From Phoronis australis (lineage: Eukaryota > Animalia > Phoronida), in NCBI GenBank assembly GCA_002633005.1, contig NMRA01000436.1, positions 208,127 through 272,126 of the forward strand: DNA of 64,000 nucleotides, given 5' to 3'. The position numbers were made by a program, and so were the translations under genes. Of this stretch, positions 39,540-52,144 are shown piece after piece. Within the stretch, counting starts at the first letter, position 1. Each line of letters starts with the position of its first letter. The notes under the pieces are model-generated. The model saw only the letters and a list, made by a program, of their open reading frames with translations, made no database searches and was not told the origin of the DNA.

Positions 39540-39792
39540 TTATTATGCGCCTGGCTTCGGAATCAAATCCAAACGAAGCTGACAGATCGGTGTCGACATT
39601 GAACGATGACTCAAACCACAACTCTAGGTCTAAATTCAAATCCAATTGAATTCCGTGGGCCAACGGTATAGCTATCAGAAACTTCTCGGGGAAATCAGAT
39701 TTCCAAGGTCTAATCTTCCTGGGTGTAGTACCCCGATTGGTGTATTTTCCTCTCACTTTAACGCCGTAATTTAGTTTCGCTTCCGTGCCGAA
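39540..39792 (-). CDS. Secreted beta-rich protein, exon 6
   Basis: ttttatttaacag acceptor, gtaagc donor, phase 0->1. Reads FGTEAKLNYGVKVRGKY...PEKFLIAIPLAHGIQLDLNLDLELWFESSFNVDTDLSASFGFDSEARRII. Confidence 0.85.
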
Positions 39793-40510
39793 CTGTTAAA
39801 TAAAATTGTAAGTAGAGACACATGTAAACGTAGACGAATAAAGAACCATTTGATCTGTCGGTAGGACTGGCGATATGCATTAATTAGTCCACGGCAAGTT
39901 TGACACAACGTACATTATACACATGTAGGCTGGCTAAACATTCAGGGTAGCTACTTTTAGTAACAAGAGTCGACTTCATAAATAATCTTTAAAAACTTTT
40001 TTAAGAATTCATTATGGACACATAAAAGTTCGTATTTAATAAATCCTTACGGATTACAGAATCTTAGTTTGAAATTACAAAACTAATGCTCATATGTTCG
40101 TAATAATATGATTGCGTGTTTTGTTTTAATCTCGTTTTTAACGGAGATCGCCATTAGCTCTACAAGCACGAAAATTCACGATTTTTGAGAAAAAACGCAA
40201 TCATTAGAACATCTGGATAATGGTTTTGTGCAGTACTTCGATTCTCTGATCACCTAGGATTATAAAAGTACATAATTTTATGGGTCTACTATTAACATTT
40301 CAAAAATTATGTAAAGAAATTAGATCTTTGGTAACGAACGTATCCCACATTCCTCACCCATCATCGGCTTGCTAATACAATATATAATTGCAGTGCTTGA
40401 ATATTGTAATAAGAATTGCAATATGTGAACTGGTAGCTATGACCTATCTATCAGTTGATACCTTTACATACAATCACTTACAGTGTGTAGTGCAACCATC
40501 AAAAAGTTAC

Positions 40511-40571
40511 CTCAAGCAAAAACTTCTTCAGGACGACATTGCCAAGTCCATCGCTTTGAATCTTCAGCTCA
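40511..40571 (-). CDS. Secreted beta-rich protein, exon 5
   Basis: tatttcaag acceptor, GAG|gtaact donor. Phase 2->0 exactly bridges exons 4 and 6. Reads FELKIQSDGLGNVVLKKFLLE. Confidence 0.75.
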
Positions 40572-41348
40572 CTTGAAATACGAAATCATATTCAATACAT
40601 TTCAAGGACAGACACCCTACCTGCACCACTCAACTTTATTTCGGTGTCTGAAGACTGTTTGAGAAGATTGCTGCAAGTTGGAATCCAAGCCAAAAATCCA
40701 TCTGAATGCATTTACATCATTCGATGAACAAAACATGTACATGTACTTAGTCCAGTCACGTGTTAGGCGCAATGTCTTAAAAGTACCAACTTCATGAACG
40801 CACAAGCTTTTTGCGTTGTTGAATATTTTACTTACTGGCAAGTGTTTTGAAAATTTTAGTCGATTTTTATAAAATTTGTGCGAATCGGAACTGTGAAGCT
40901 GTAATATAATTGCACAGGACATTGAGCCTGGCCGGCTGAATCGCTGTCGTTTTAGTTTTGTTACCTGCCGTGTTTCTGGCGCCATTGCTGAATGCAGTCA
41001 GCAATTTGTTATGAACTGACGCTTATGTTGAAAATCTGGCTGTCATCTCAGTCACTGAGCACAGTTGTCAAATCATCTGACATTTTTTGGAGTTTGAGCA
41101 CCGGTAATGTTGACAAATGTCATTGATGTAAATCTATTAAAAAGGTTTAAAGCACACTTTATCGTATGGATAATATGTTTACCAGATACGCATCCAAAAG
41201 TGTTACCCTTTCTTTAATGGCGAGCAGTACATCTGTCGGAAGTACAGCGCTCGGCAATGTAATTGATGTTTGAAAATGAGAACCCGTTTTGAAAGCATTG
41301 AATTTCACTAATTCTAAAATCGCCATATGCATACCACAAAACACTTAC

Positions 41349-41765
41349 AAAGTGACGCCGGCTGAGAAGCTCATGTAGCAATTGTCGCATTCTACCGTCA
41401 TCGTGGATGAGTGAACCCAACCACGTGACCGTGCATTATCTTCAGATCTTGTACCTCGCTCAAAATATTCATTGTCCATGGAATCAAAAGTGGTGCCGCC
41501 CGAACTCGAGATAGCCACAGCGAAATTTCCTATTGCTTGATTTTGTAGTGGATTATAATTAAAATTCCGACTAATACCACGATTTTCATTCCATTCAATA
41601 GGAAGAAAAGTGTCTAAAATCTTCTCTTCTGTCCATTTTTTTAATTTCTGCCACCAAGTTGTGCGCTTCAGTCGTCGGTGTTCCTTGATGCAATTGGCCA
41701 AATGGTTCTCGTCTGGTGGTTTATGGTGATGCAATATATCCGCGTATTCGAGAACTTGGTAAGGA
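41349..41765 (-). CDS. Secreted beta-rich protein, exon 4 (furin-type site, amphipathic helix, CDNCY motif)
   Basis: cttttgcag acceptor, gtaagt donor; 417 nt open, phase 2->2. Reads SPYQVLEYADIL...RRLKRTTWWQKLKKW...NFNYNP...VECDNCYMSFSAGVT. Confidence 0.87.
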
Positions 41766-42980
41766 CTGCAAAAGCGGAAATAATGCCTCTTGAATGTAAG
41801 CCCGCAACGTGGTTGCTAGACGACTTGACATCACATATAGTGACTACCGACCCCTACTGGTGGCGATACACCAACTAGGCAATCACGTACTAGGTTAACA
41901 CTCGAGGAGCACTTCCCAGCCATTGATGGTGCAACGTAAAAGGGATGGTATTAAATTAAATTTTGCGTTTATAGATTCAGAAAAACGGAAAGGAATGCAA
42001 AACGTTTCAACCATTAGGCCTAGTATTTCACGAACATACGTTCTGTGTCCACTCGAGACAGTTTCAAACTTTTAAGCCTAAATATGCTCGGCAAAAACCG
42101 GCTTTGAACTTAACTGTCAGCCAGATACCTTTGCATAGGTCCAAGTTTGCTCCAGTCAACGCACGGACACTTACAAATTGTACACATGTAGTAAACAACT
42201 TAGCGATATATGTAAACCAAAATATAGTGTATTCTATAAGTTGACAAGTCAAGTGCACAAATTGCCCGATACACTAGTCATAGATATCAAAGAATACAAG
42301 TCAACAAATAACGTATTCGACAGTTCATATGTTATAAAGTGTGTGTGTGTAATACAACGAGTTAAAGTGCTTAAAATCACCAATTCCAGAACACCAAAAC
42401 CCGCTTTAGTTCATTAGCTACAATTGGAGCACCGGCAAACATTAGCTGATCTCGAGGTACATGTACGAACATTTATTGATCGATACATGCTGTACGTAGA
42501 ATCGGGACAGCCAATCACAACATTAGTCGCCTTCCAGCGTGTTTAGTGTGAAAAGTCGTCAGGTATTACTTCCCGTTTTCCTGTGGTTTATGGTATAATA
42601 AGAAATGGTGAGGAGCGTTTGTGATGGTTGTCATAATTCAGTATTTGAACACGCTGTGGCTCTTTTCACTTTGCTGTGGGACACGAGAGAAGCGCGGATA
42701 TGACACAAAATTGTACAAGAAACTCGCGTGTTGGTGGACATGGCACACCCGCGCTCGGCGAGCCCATATACGTTACACTCTTGCCCGTGAAGGTAAGAAA
42801 CTTTTAATTAAAGTTGCCTTTCGTTGATTTCCTGGTATTGGTACAGTATATTGAATTCCCGATTGTGATATGCAGTGCTAAAAAGTAAACTTTAATGATG
42901 CTGACAATGAAAGTCATGTGTCACACTTTAAAATATCTGAATGACGGTTTTTTACGCGTGACAGTAAGCAACAGGCGTAC

Positions 42981-43074
42981 CTTGCAGCAGTGAAGATGAC
43001 TTTGAGTTTCCTTTTACCAACTACATCGATTTTTTTAATCTTCTTAAGTCCTTCTGACAACAAATCTGCATGGA
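42981..43074 (-). CDS. Secreted beta-rich protein, exon 3
   Basis: ttttccgcag acceptor, AG|gtacgc donor, phase 1->2. Reads IHADLLSEGLKKIKKIDVVGKRKLKVIFTAA. Confidence 0.82.
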
Positions 43075-43446
43075 CTGCGGAAAACAGTGAAACAAAATTA
43101 CTATAGATCAATTATGTCTTTCTAAAGGCGCAATTATTTATAGAAGAATCTTTGCTCGGTTTGCGTTAACTGCTACCACACGCACATATTTTGTAACATC
43201 ATGTTCAGATGACATCTGCAAAAAGTGGTAGATCAGGCTGGCGTTATAGGGACGAGATACTCTGAAAAAGTCATCGGTCAATATCTCCAGAACTGAACAA
43301 AATTCTGCTGGCCTTAATTGTTCCCAAGGTGTGAACAAACACAAAAATTTCTTGAACAAGAACACGACTTTGAGACAAACACTCAGTCTAGAGATTAAGT
43401 TCAGTTTACAGACAACTCTTCACCACTACGTATTCCAAAAACTTAC

Positions 43447-43552
43447 TTCTGCTTGTGATAATTTCGCCTTCTCGCCATGTATTATGCACAGTCTCTAGAT
43501 CCTTCGAGGTTTCAAAGGAAAGCCAAAGCGTCTGAGGGAGAGATCTGATACT
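43447..43552 (-). CDS. Secreted beta-rich protein, exon 2
   Basis: tctttgcag acceptor, gtaagt donor, phase 0->1. Reads SIRSLPQTLWLSFETSKDLETVHNTWREGEIITSR. Confidence 0.82.
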
Positions 43553-46141
43553 CTGCAAAGATAATTACAAGATGTAGCGAAAGGTGAAAGGTCACAGAAA
43601 CATAAACATTAATAGACCTGTCTTTGAAAATCTCTAGCGTTTTGAGGTACAAAATTTAACTGTGATCTTCCTAGGCTTTCTTGATGGCAACTGAATCAGC
43701 GTGGTAATTGTGAGTTGTGAGGTTGCATCGTTAGGGCAACAGACGATTGACAAATTGAAAAATGCAATGTTTTTCACGCCAATACGTGTGGTGTCATCAC
43801 AATTGAAACCGGTATAATGAGATCAGGTGGATTGATATCGTTTTAACTCCAAAGAATAAGTCAAGCCGCTATTAACGCTACTCAGCGTAACTGTATGGAG
43901 GGCATTGGCTGCACGTTATCTCTGCGGCAAAATTAAGTTTCTACACCACACCAGTCATGAGTTCCTTAACGTCCAAACTATTTAGTCGAGAAATCCCGAG
44001 TCCACAGTTCTGATCACAATAGCCATCGAACTGCTGTCCCATAGCGACCCCTGTTGTTCTATCTTATTTACCAACAACTGATGCTAACGCATTCGTGAAG
44101 CACTTGGCCCACACATTTAAACGTTTGACGTGTTACGCAATATTTTAAACTAGCATTTTCGTCATGTGTTATTCCGATGCAAATGAAGTTGTATTGCTGC
44201 TCAGGGAGCTGTATTGCAAACACGAAAAATTGAAAAGCTGGGGGGAACCACAAGGAGGGTGGGGCTCCGATCGATTGGTAAATTTACTTGACGCCAGGCC
44301 CCCTGACAGAAGCCAAACAACAAGTCTTCAAATCTGTTAGCATCGTTTCATATAAGCCGTAGGGATGTTCAAATTTCGAAGTTTAAAGATGCTCGTTCCT
44401 CTACATTCACCGATGTAGAACACACGATGAGTCTCGTCACTCAAACGATATCACTAAAATATGATCATTTCGTAACTTTCAGCCCTGTTTGTGTTAGTTT
44501 ACTATTACTTTTTGTACCTCTTTAAATTTGTGCAGGGTTTCCGCGGAAATCTCAGTTCATTTGGCGGCAATTGGGTGAGTATCCCTGATGCAGGAGTCAG
44601 CGGGCATTTTAGTTGGTGGTGCACCACCAAATATAAAAGTTAAACTAAACAAATTATACTGAATTCTATTGTGTTCAAAAACATTTGAAATTGCGTTGAA
44701 CGAGCATTATTTTGGGCTTACATGTCACTTGAACTCTTTTGCGTTATGAATTTTTTTACTAAAACGAAGCGGAAAGAATATCTATATATCCTCATGCATG
44801 CAGCACCAAATAAAAACACAAATGACTTTTTGTGTCTGTAAGTGGACAGTTTCAAAACATGTGCGACTGGTGCAACCGGTGTGCCAAAAAGTTCAACGAA
44901 ATACGTTTTCAAGACAAAAAGAGCCAACTGATAAAACATATACATGTAAGCCGGGACGACTTGTAACATGTTTTCTGTAGTTTTCGTGGTTTAAAGAACT
45001 CCACATTTGCCACTTACCTCAATTCGTTGTGTTACTGGCAGTACCTATCTATACACGGGCCATGACTAAGGAACCCATTGGACAGTTCGACACTTATTTT
45101 TTGTTGAACTCCGTTGGTATCTAAACAACCGTATGTTTGTTGCTCATTATCATTTATGTGGTAAAAATAGGGATGTCAGAGGTCGCAACAGTCGCATAGA
45201 GCGGAAAGAATAAGCAATATCCACTGTACCTGCATGCGATAGCCATGAGTGTACATCATATTCATTGTCTGCCACCAACGATTAAGTTAGTGTCGCAGGA
45301 GGGCTGCACTGAAGTGAGGACCTATAATACTCCCTTCGCTTGTCCTACTGGATTCAAAATCTTCATTAGAGGCCATACATTTCGAAAACTATTCTTTCGG
45401 TACCTTCCTACCCCCACAAAAGAATAGATAGACGGTTTGGGGATTTGTAAATTAAAGAGGAACGGAACGCAAAAACTAGTAAACACACTATTTTTAAAAG
45501 CAGATCGTGGCGAATCTACATATTGGGGATGCTAACATGAGAGTTATTAACTTTGAATATTGCAAGAATTTCTAGAAAAAGAACGCCAGAACCAGTACAT
45601 GCATTTTTGAAAGACAGACGAAATATAAAACACTTTCCTACCAATGCAGTAGCAACAAAATCAATCTTGCCATCGTACATTTAATGTACACCCCCATTCT
45701 GGGCAACTGTATATCACATCGCAGCCGTGCAGCACGCAGAGTTGAAATGGGAATAATCCAAAACTGAAATTTTGGAGTAAAAAGGAAATCCTACTGAATT
45801 TTTTATCACCCACAATTTAAAATTCATGTCTTGGCATCATTTCAGTATTTGCTTACATTGTAGTAAAATTAATGTTTATAATTGTTACTGTTTGCAGTTT
45901 CTATAGTTCAGGGTCCTGAAAATTGTTTTTTGCTGGGTGGAAACCACAGTATTGCTAGCACGACTACTGTACATTGGATATCAGTAACACCGAAACAACA
46001 CAGAATTCTCTTACCCTGAGATTGCCTAACTCATCAAAATGAAGAACGAGTCATTCCGCGTAAAGCAGGTGTCGCGACCCTGGGGGGCAGGTATTGTCGC
46101 ATACTGCGTAAATAGGCAAGCATGCTTCACAGACACATTAA

Positions 46142-47536
46142 AGGAGCATGCCACCCAAAAAAACAACCTAATTTGTATCAATTTAGGTCGAGTAGTTCTA
46201 CTCCATGACGACACGTTGTTTTATTTCGCTTTTACGGATTTATTGGTATTTGGACACACCGTAGCTTACAAAGTTCGCCAGGCCAATAAGTTCCGTAGCA
46301 GGAGTTTGGGGTCTGTTCGGAGATAATTTCGAAGTATTTTCCGTGAGATAAAAACAGGATAACCTAGATCTGTGTTGTTTAGACTTGTGATTTTTTTAGT
46401 TCCAAACACAAAACGCTTGTTATCCCAGTGGCTCGGAAACTTATCAGACGTCACGAACATAAACCATCCAAAGTTCAGTGGAAATTAAACTACCAGTCAA
46501 GAAATTTATTTAGCCAAAGTAATGTGCACCTGATTATGTTGGTGAATTAGCCACGAAAATGCAAATCTACTTACTCGTCGGGAGCCGCGAATTCAGGTTC
46601 CGCTTTGGCCACAGCACCGTCAGGGCAGAAGTTGTACATTGACAATCATTATTTGAGTAATGTAAATAAAGATTCCCCTAACACCTGGCCGTGGGATGGA
46701 AATCGAGTTGTTTCACAACAGTTTCTGCCAGCAAACACTAAATTAGCATGAGCTCACACAGCCTAGGTGTCCCGTCAATTAGTTTTTTTTTGCACCTGAG
46801 GCCGGTAACGCAGTGATTTATTTATTGCTGGCTTTTCAAATCATTTGCACTCACGAACACTCCAAAGGCATTAGAAATTGCATCTAATGAGACAGACTTT
46901 GTTTCAGTTTTATATAAGTATTAGTTAGCATGAGAGTAATTCATTTTGAAACAGAACGCTCAGTAATAAACGCCAACAAGATAGCAACTCGCAATCCCTA
47001 GGAGGAGCTAGAGCTCATCAGTCCCGACTTCGCAGGTGGATCATTAAGTTTTACAGGCTTTCAATTCCAACAGGAATACAGTGATGAAGAAATACTAGAG
47101 AGGCGCCTTAAACAAGCTCAGACAACGGAACGTATGGAGTTATTTGGTAAGCCGGCATTCGTCAGGCAATGTCGACGTCTGCAGGCCACAGGCACGGAGA
47201 TGTTTCACGGCCTCATACTTGCTATTTAGAATCTACATTTCATTCTTCACAACTGCAATTCACTTCCTAAACATTTCGGACTCTCGAGGAAGTCGAAAAA
47301 ACGATATACCCACTTTCCTCGCAATTGCATAGTTCGCACAAGCGGGAACGATGCACCGCAACATAGCGACATTCACTCTGCATACGAACCACTGACGTCG
47401 CTAGCGTCGTTTCTCACCTTCCTCACTGGTTAACGCGACACCTCTTGGCAAGGTAAGGTCGACCGTATGCGAGGAGATGTAGATATAGACCGATTAAGAC
47501 GGCAAAAGGACTAATTAAATCGGGTGGCATTCTAAT
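46142..47536. mobile_element. Kolobok deletion derivative, family 2, copy B (both ends present), in intron 1 of the secreted-protein gene
   Basis: TTAA|aggagcatgccaccc ... gggtggcattctaat|TTAA. KolX-like stub GFQFQQEYSDEEIL (+, ~46981-47146, followed by gtaagc). THAP stub MLRCIVPACANYAIARKVGISFFRLPRESEMFRK*IAVV...KHLRACGL (-, ~47178-47364). ~470 extra bp at 46500-46970 relative to copy A. Confidence 0.88.
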
Positions 47537-47564
47537 TTAACATATGCAGACAATGCGCACGCAC

Positions 47565-47786
47565 CTTTACTCCCTGCACTTTGTCAAGATTGATGACATT
47601 TCTGAATTTTCCGCTGCTTTTCAGCTTGATTTTTTCGCCAGTATACGGGTGTGTGAGGTCATGATTGTGTTCGAACTCGCGCCCTCTCATCCATCCGTTC
47701 ATATGTTCGTCGTGAGTAGTTTCGCAAAGGCGGAATAAAAGCATTCCGACAAAAAGTGCCATTGCCATTTCTGCAAAAGTCTTCAT
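47565..47786 (-). CDS. Secreted beta-rich protein, first coding exon (signal peptide)
   Basis: gccaagATG, then MKTFAEMAMALFVGMLLFRLCETT (hydrophobic leader)...KFRNVINLDKVQGVK; AAG|gtgcgt phase-0 donor; 222 nt. Confidence 0.8.
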
Positions 47787-49018
47787 CTTGGCTCTTCGAA
47801 GAAAGAAGTGAGTAATAAACTGCCACGTAGCTCTCCTGCTTATCAATCGATATTTAGAAACTTTGGAAAAACCCTTGTTGTCTCAACCACACTAAGAACC
47901 GATAGCGCTAACAAAAGGTAATCGACGTCGTTGAAGATCTTTGTTACAATAGTGTTTCATGGCTTTCTTTTTGCGTTCAGGCATGTTTGACTTATTCATG
48001 AGGGTGAACGAATTATCCAATACGTTAACGTGTGCAACTGGCTTCCAGTTAGCGACACGTCATTATTACAGCATTGGAAATTCTGATATCGTAAAAAATA
48101 TGCGTTAACCAACCGCCTCAGCGGAGTAGTCCAAATGCTATTCTCGACTTGGGGTAATCGTGCCCCGGAAGCAAGGCGATGGATTCTACTCTATGCGATT
48201 TATGATTTGAAAAAGCCAATAAAACTATTTAGTGTTTTATCATGTGACAATAAGATCAGCCACAGTGTGCGTGCAAGGATTTTTTGTTGGATTTTATTGT
48301 GTCGCCACATTTCACTATTGGAATGAAGCCCCTTGGCAAAATGGCAAATACTTGGAAAAACATGACTAATGGATTTTTACTGCAATCACATCATGTTCAA
48401 ACAGGGAATTCCAAATTTGCTTTGTGATTTGAAGCGATTGTGTCAACACTCGTTTTAGGCAAACAATTAATTATTATTGTAACCCAATATTCAGGTAATC
48501 AGACATTGGGTCAGCGGAATGAACGCTGGTGAAGTTTTTGATCCACTCAACAATAACCACTGACGTGCTTTGCAAATGAACAAGGGTGACACAGGGCCGG
48601 TATTCCACTGAAACAAGAACCCTGATGTAAAACAGGTATCCCGGAGTCGAATTCTGACTGCCCGGACAATTAACCAGCCAGGAAAACGCGAATCGGGGGA
48701 TAGGACAGGCTACCCGAGGACCGAGACACCCCTACCGCACTTTCTGATTTGATGAAAAACCTATATTCCTATCTTTAATAGTCGTTGTGATAGGTTGTTT
48801 TACTATCTGAGAGGTTTAGACAACTTATAACGGATTGGCATAGGCCCTACTACGTAATTTTGTTGCTCCGGTTGTGGTGCGAACTTTTGCGTCGGCTTTC
48901 GGCGTCATGAAATACATGGAAAAGACAACAACTTGAAAGTACTTGAAGATGCTTTAACTCAAAGTTTGAAGCTTCTGACAACGGTCACAGAAAATTTGAA
49001 AATTTTCCCGGCTTTCGT

Positions 49019-49208
49019 GTTTGATCCCCGAGGTTTCTGTTTTAAATGTCAAGACTCGTGTTTTTTGGGCTGGTTAGGTGTTTTGAAGATGCGGGAGTCT
49101 GTTTTCGACTACGGTATATCTGTTTAACATCTGGATTCATGTTTTGTTAAAACAACTTGCAAAAAACACAAAACCTGACCTTTATTACAGAAACCCCGGG
49201 GATCAGAC
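49019..49208. repeat. ~35-bp inverted repeat pair (MITE-like / fold-back)
   Basis: tgatccccgaggtttctgttttaaatgtca ... tgacctttattacagaaaccccggggatca. Confidence 0.65.
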
Positions 49209-52010
49209 AGGAAACCCATTTGTTTGATAAAGATTTCCAATAACAAAACGTAACTTATGTTATATTTCATGTCTGCAGTCGTGGCATGATATATCGCTTG
49301 TTACTCTGTAAAACAGTACCGATATTCCATATCCCGTACATTTGAAATCACTAGGTGTACAGTACAGTAAGGTCGCTGTGGCACACATATGACTTGTTTG
49401 ATTTGCCTTCATCCTAATAACCGTAGTGCTAATTACATGCGACTCAAGTGACAGAAGCGAATCACATATTCATAGTCTGAACACACGTCTCATACATTTA
49501 TGACATGAAAGGGTGTGGCTACAGTATATTCTGAGTAGGCTTTTGCAAATCAGAAACAAAAAAAAATCTCGAGAGCTTTCAATTGCGAATTGCTAACTCC
49601 CTAGGCTTCAGGCACAATTCAACCATCGTCAAATTCTGTTGTGCGTGCAACACGACATTAAACGGGCCGATTTCAACACGTGTTCTCTTTGGCGCGCTTT
49701 GCAAATCCAATCTCAGTTTCTGGCTCTGTCCTCCTTAACTCTACCGGTGCCAACAGTTGGAGAGCGTGAACTGTTACCGCCGAGACTTCTTTCTTTTTGA
49801 AAACCAACAAAATCTTAAAATCGCAAGAATGATAAATTCTGAAAAAAAAGAAACGGAGAAGGAATTCTCTGGAACTGCAAACATTAGATTTACCAAGTAA
49901 TGTGTTTCCAGATTTGCGGATATCTGTTTGCAAGAGTGATACGGAAATGCCACCAGGCCTCCGTTAGTGCGGGTCTTTCATGACTGCCACAGGAATCTCC
50001 AATCTTGTATCAATGGAACACCGGGATAGGAAAGAAACATTTAAGAAGCTGCTTCCACAGTTGTAGAGGGGTGGCGCCAGTCGCCTTACTGGAATTTAGA
50101 CAACGGTCGTTGAACATTATGGCTAACCTAGAGAAATTCGATAGGGCAACTTCCGTTGAAAAATGCATAGGCCGCAATACATGCTACGTACATGTATATA
50201 TTTGCATACCCGCCAGGCTAATGACCATGTAAGTGGACATAAATGTGAAACTGTGCTTGTATCCGAAATTATATTTTTAGTTATCGGCTTTTTAGAGCAT
50301 TTTGAGCAAAAACGGCCGCATTCTTGATTTTCGCTCTGAAAAACTAAGAACTATTTTAAACATCTGAAAATCTGTTCCCTCGAAAATGCCGTTATCAACA
50401 TGTCGACAAAATACCACTATGATTGGAGGAACAATATTTTTAAAATCTCTGTTCAAAGTCATTTTTTATGATTTTTATGTTATCTTCAACCCCTAAAACC
50501 GCATATCTCGTGAAAAAATAAAGACAAGTAAACAAGACTACTAAATGATGTTAAGAAATCTACTCACCTTTCAGAAAATATATATAGAGGTTAGAGCTAA
50601 CAGAAATTTGCATATAAGTACATGTACAACCTGGTAAACAAGGTTCACACTTAGCTTAAATTGGTTCTGAATGCGACAACACTTAACGTGTTTTTATGAA
50701 GTTTAAATGTTTTCAACAAACTTCAGTGTTTACTTTAAGTCGACAAAACTAACGTTGACAAAAGTAGGCCGTGCCACGTAACTTGTATCTACCAGAATAC
50801 GACGAGCAGTACACAGTTCTGTATAGCAGCTCGTGTGGAGACAATTATGATTTCTCAAAAACTTGAAATCCTTCACTACATTGTTAATTTGTTGACTGCA
50901 TGTTACACACGCAAATAACGATAACGCTACAGTATATGTCAAGGGACTTACTACAGGAGAAAACGCATAGGAACCTACATGTCGTTTACATTTAGGTCCG
51001 CAAAAGGAAACACCCATCGTAGTCAGTGGGCCGTAAAAGCTGCAGGAACTTTAATGTGCTTAAAACCACCATTTATCTAGTTTTGACAAGTGGCTTCATC
51101 GTCACCAGCATTAAACCTTCCTCAATAGCACTGCATATCATATCCGTGAATTAAGAAAAGCGGCTTTTAAGTAAAAATTGAAAGTTTCTTAGCTCCACGG
51201 ACATGAGTGTGGCGCATGAGCCTACCCAGCGCCAATATGCCATGTCCTGCAACACGCAAGTTTCTTCTACAAGCTTGTGCATTATTTGCGCTCCACTGTC
51301 ATCCCACGGGAAAGTACAAAAGAGTCACAGCGTGGTCAAATACTGAGTTATCCCAACCACCACAAACTCAATGCCTCACAATTCTTTATTACATCATCAA
51401 CCACACAAAACAGAGCAGTAATATCTGGGGACTATCGGGGGCACACAACAGTTCTCACAGGGGTTTGTCAATCATAACACACGTCAAAGGACTCGTCACC
51501 CTTTTTTCACTCTGTCAAAAACTGCAGGCAAAGAAAGAAAAGTTTTGAGTCATTTCACATCACAAACCCTACAGGTGAGTACAGAAACTTTATTCTCTCT
51601 TGTATTTTTGACTCTTTCGCTCCTACTGAACACCAAGCTAGACTAAGACAAAAATGGGCCAAAAACACCCCACAAAATCGTCACTTTTCACCCCGACCCT
51701 GTCGATGCTCGACTAAAGCCAACATAAGATTCCGAAAGCAAATTCCCTACCAATTTCCAAAATGTGGTCCAAAAGTAGTGTCAATTCACTATTTTTTGCA
51801 AATCTGGCCAATGAATGCTGGTACGTGTAAATATCGAATCGTCAAATACATGTAGTGTTTGCGAGTGTTTTAATTTGACAGCTGGTCGACTTGTGGGATT
51901 ATTTTTTGGTGTCTTGGTATGAAATCGGTGACTTTAAGCACTTTAAAAATAGATTTCATGATTACGTAACAGTTTTATTTTGACATTGTCCACCACAACG
52001 TGTTTATAAT

Positions 52011-52144
52011 TTGAGTTGTTATGCATTGTGTCGCCATTGAGTTGTTATGCATTGTGTCGCCATTGAGTTGTTATGCATTGTGTCGCCATTGAGTTGTTAT
52101 GCATTGTGTCCCCATTGAGTTGTTATGCACTGTGTCGCCATTGA
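52011..52144. repeat. 26-bp minisatellite, 5 copies
   Basis: Unit ttgagttgttatgcattgtgtcgcca. Confidence 0.95.

Noticed and set aside
40621-40670. Alternative candidate for exon 5 (FNLLKQSSDTEIKLSGA)
   Set aside because: Ends in phase 1 and cannot join the phase-0 exon 6; 40511-40571 fits exactly.
51480-51580. Strong + strand donor (CAG|gtgagt) as a possible non-coding first exon of the patatin gene
   Set aside because: A lone donor without transcript data is not enough.
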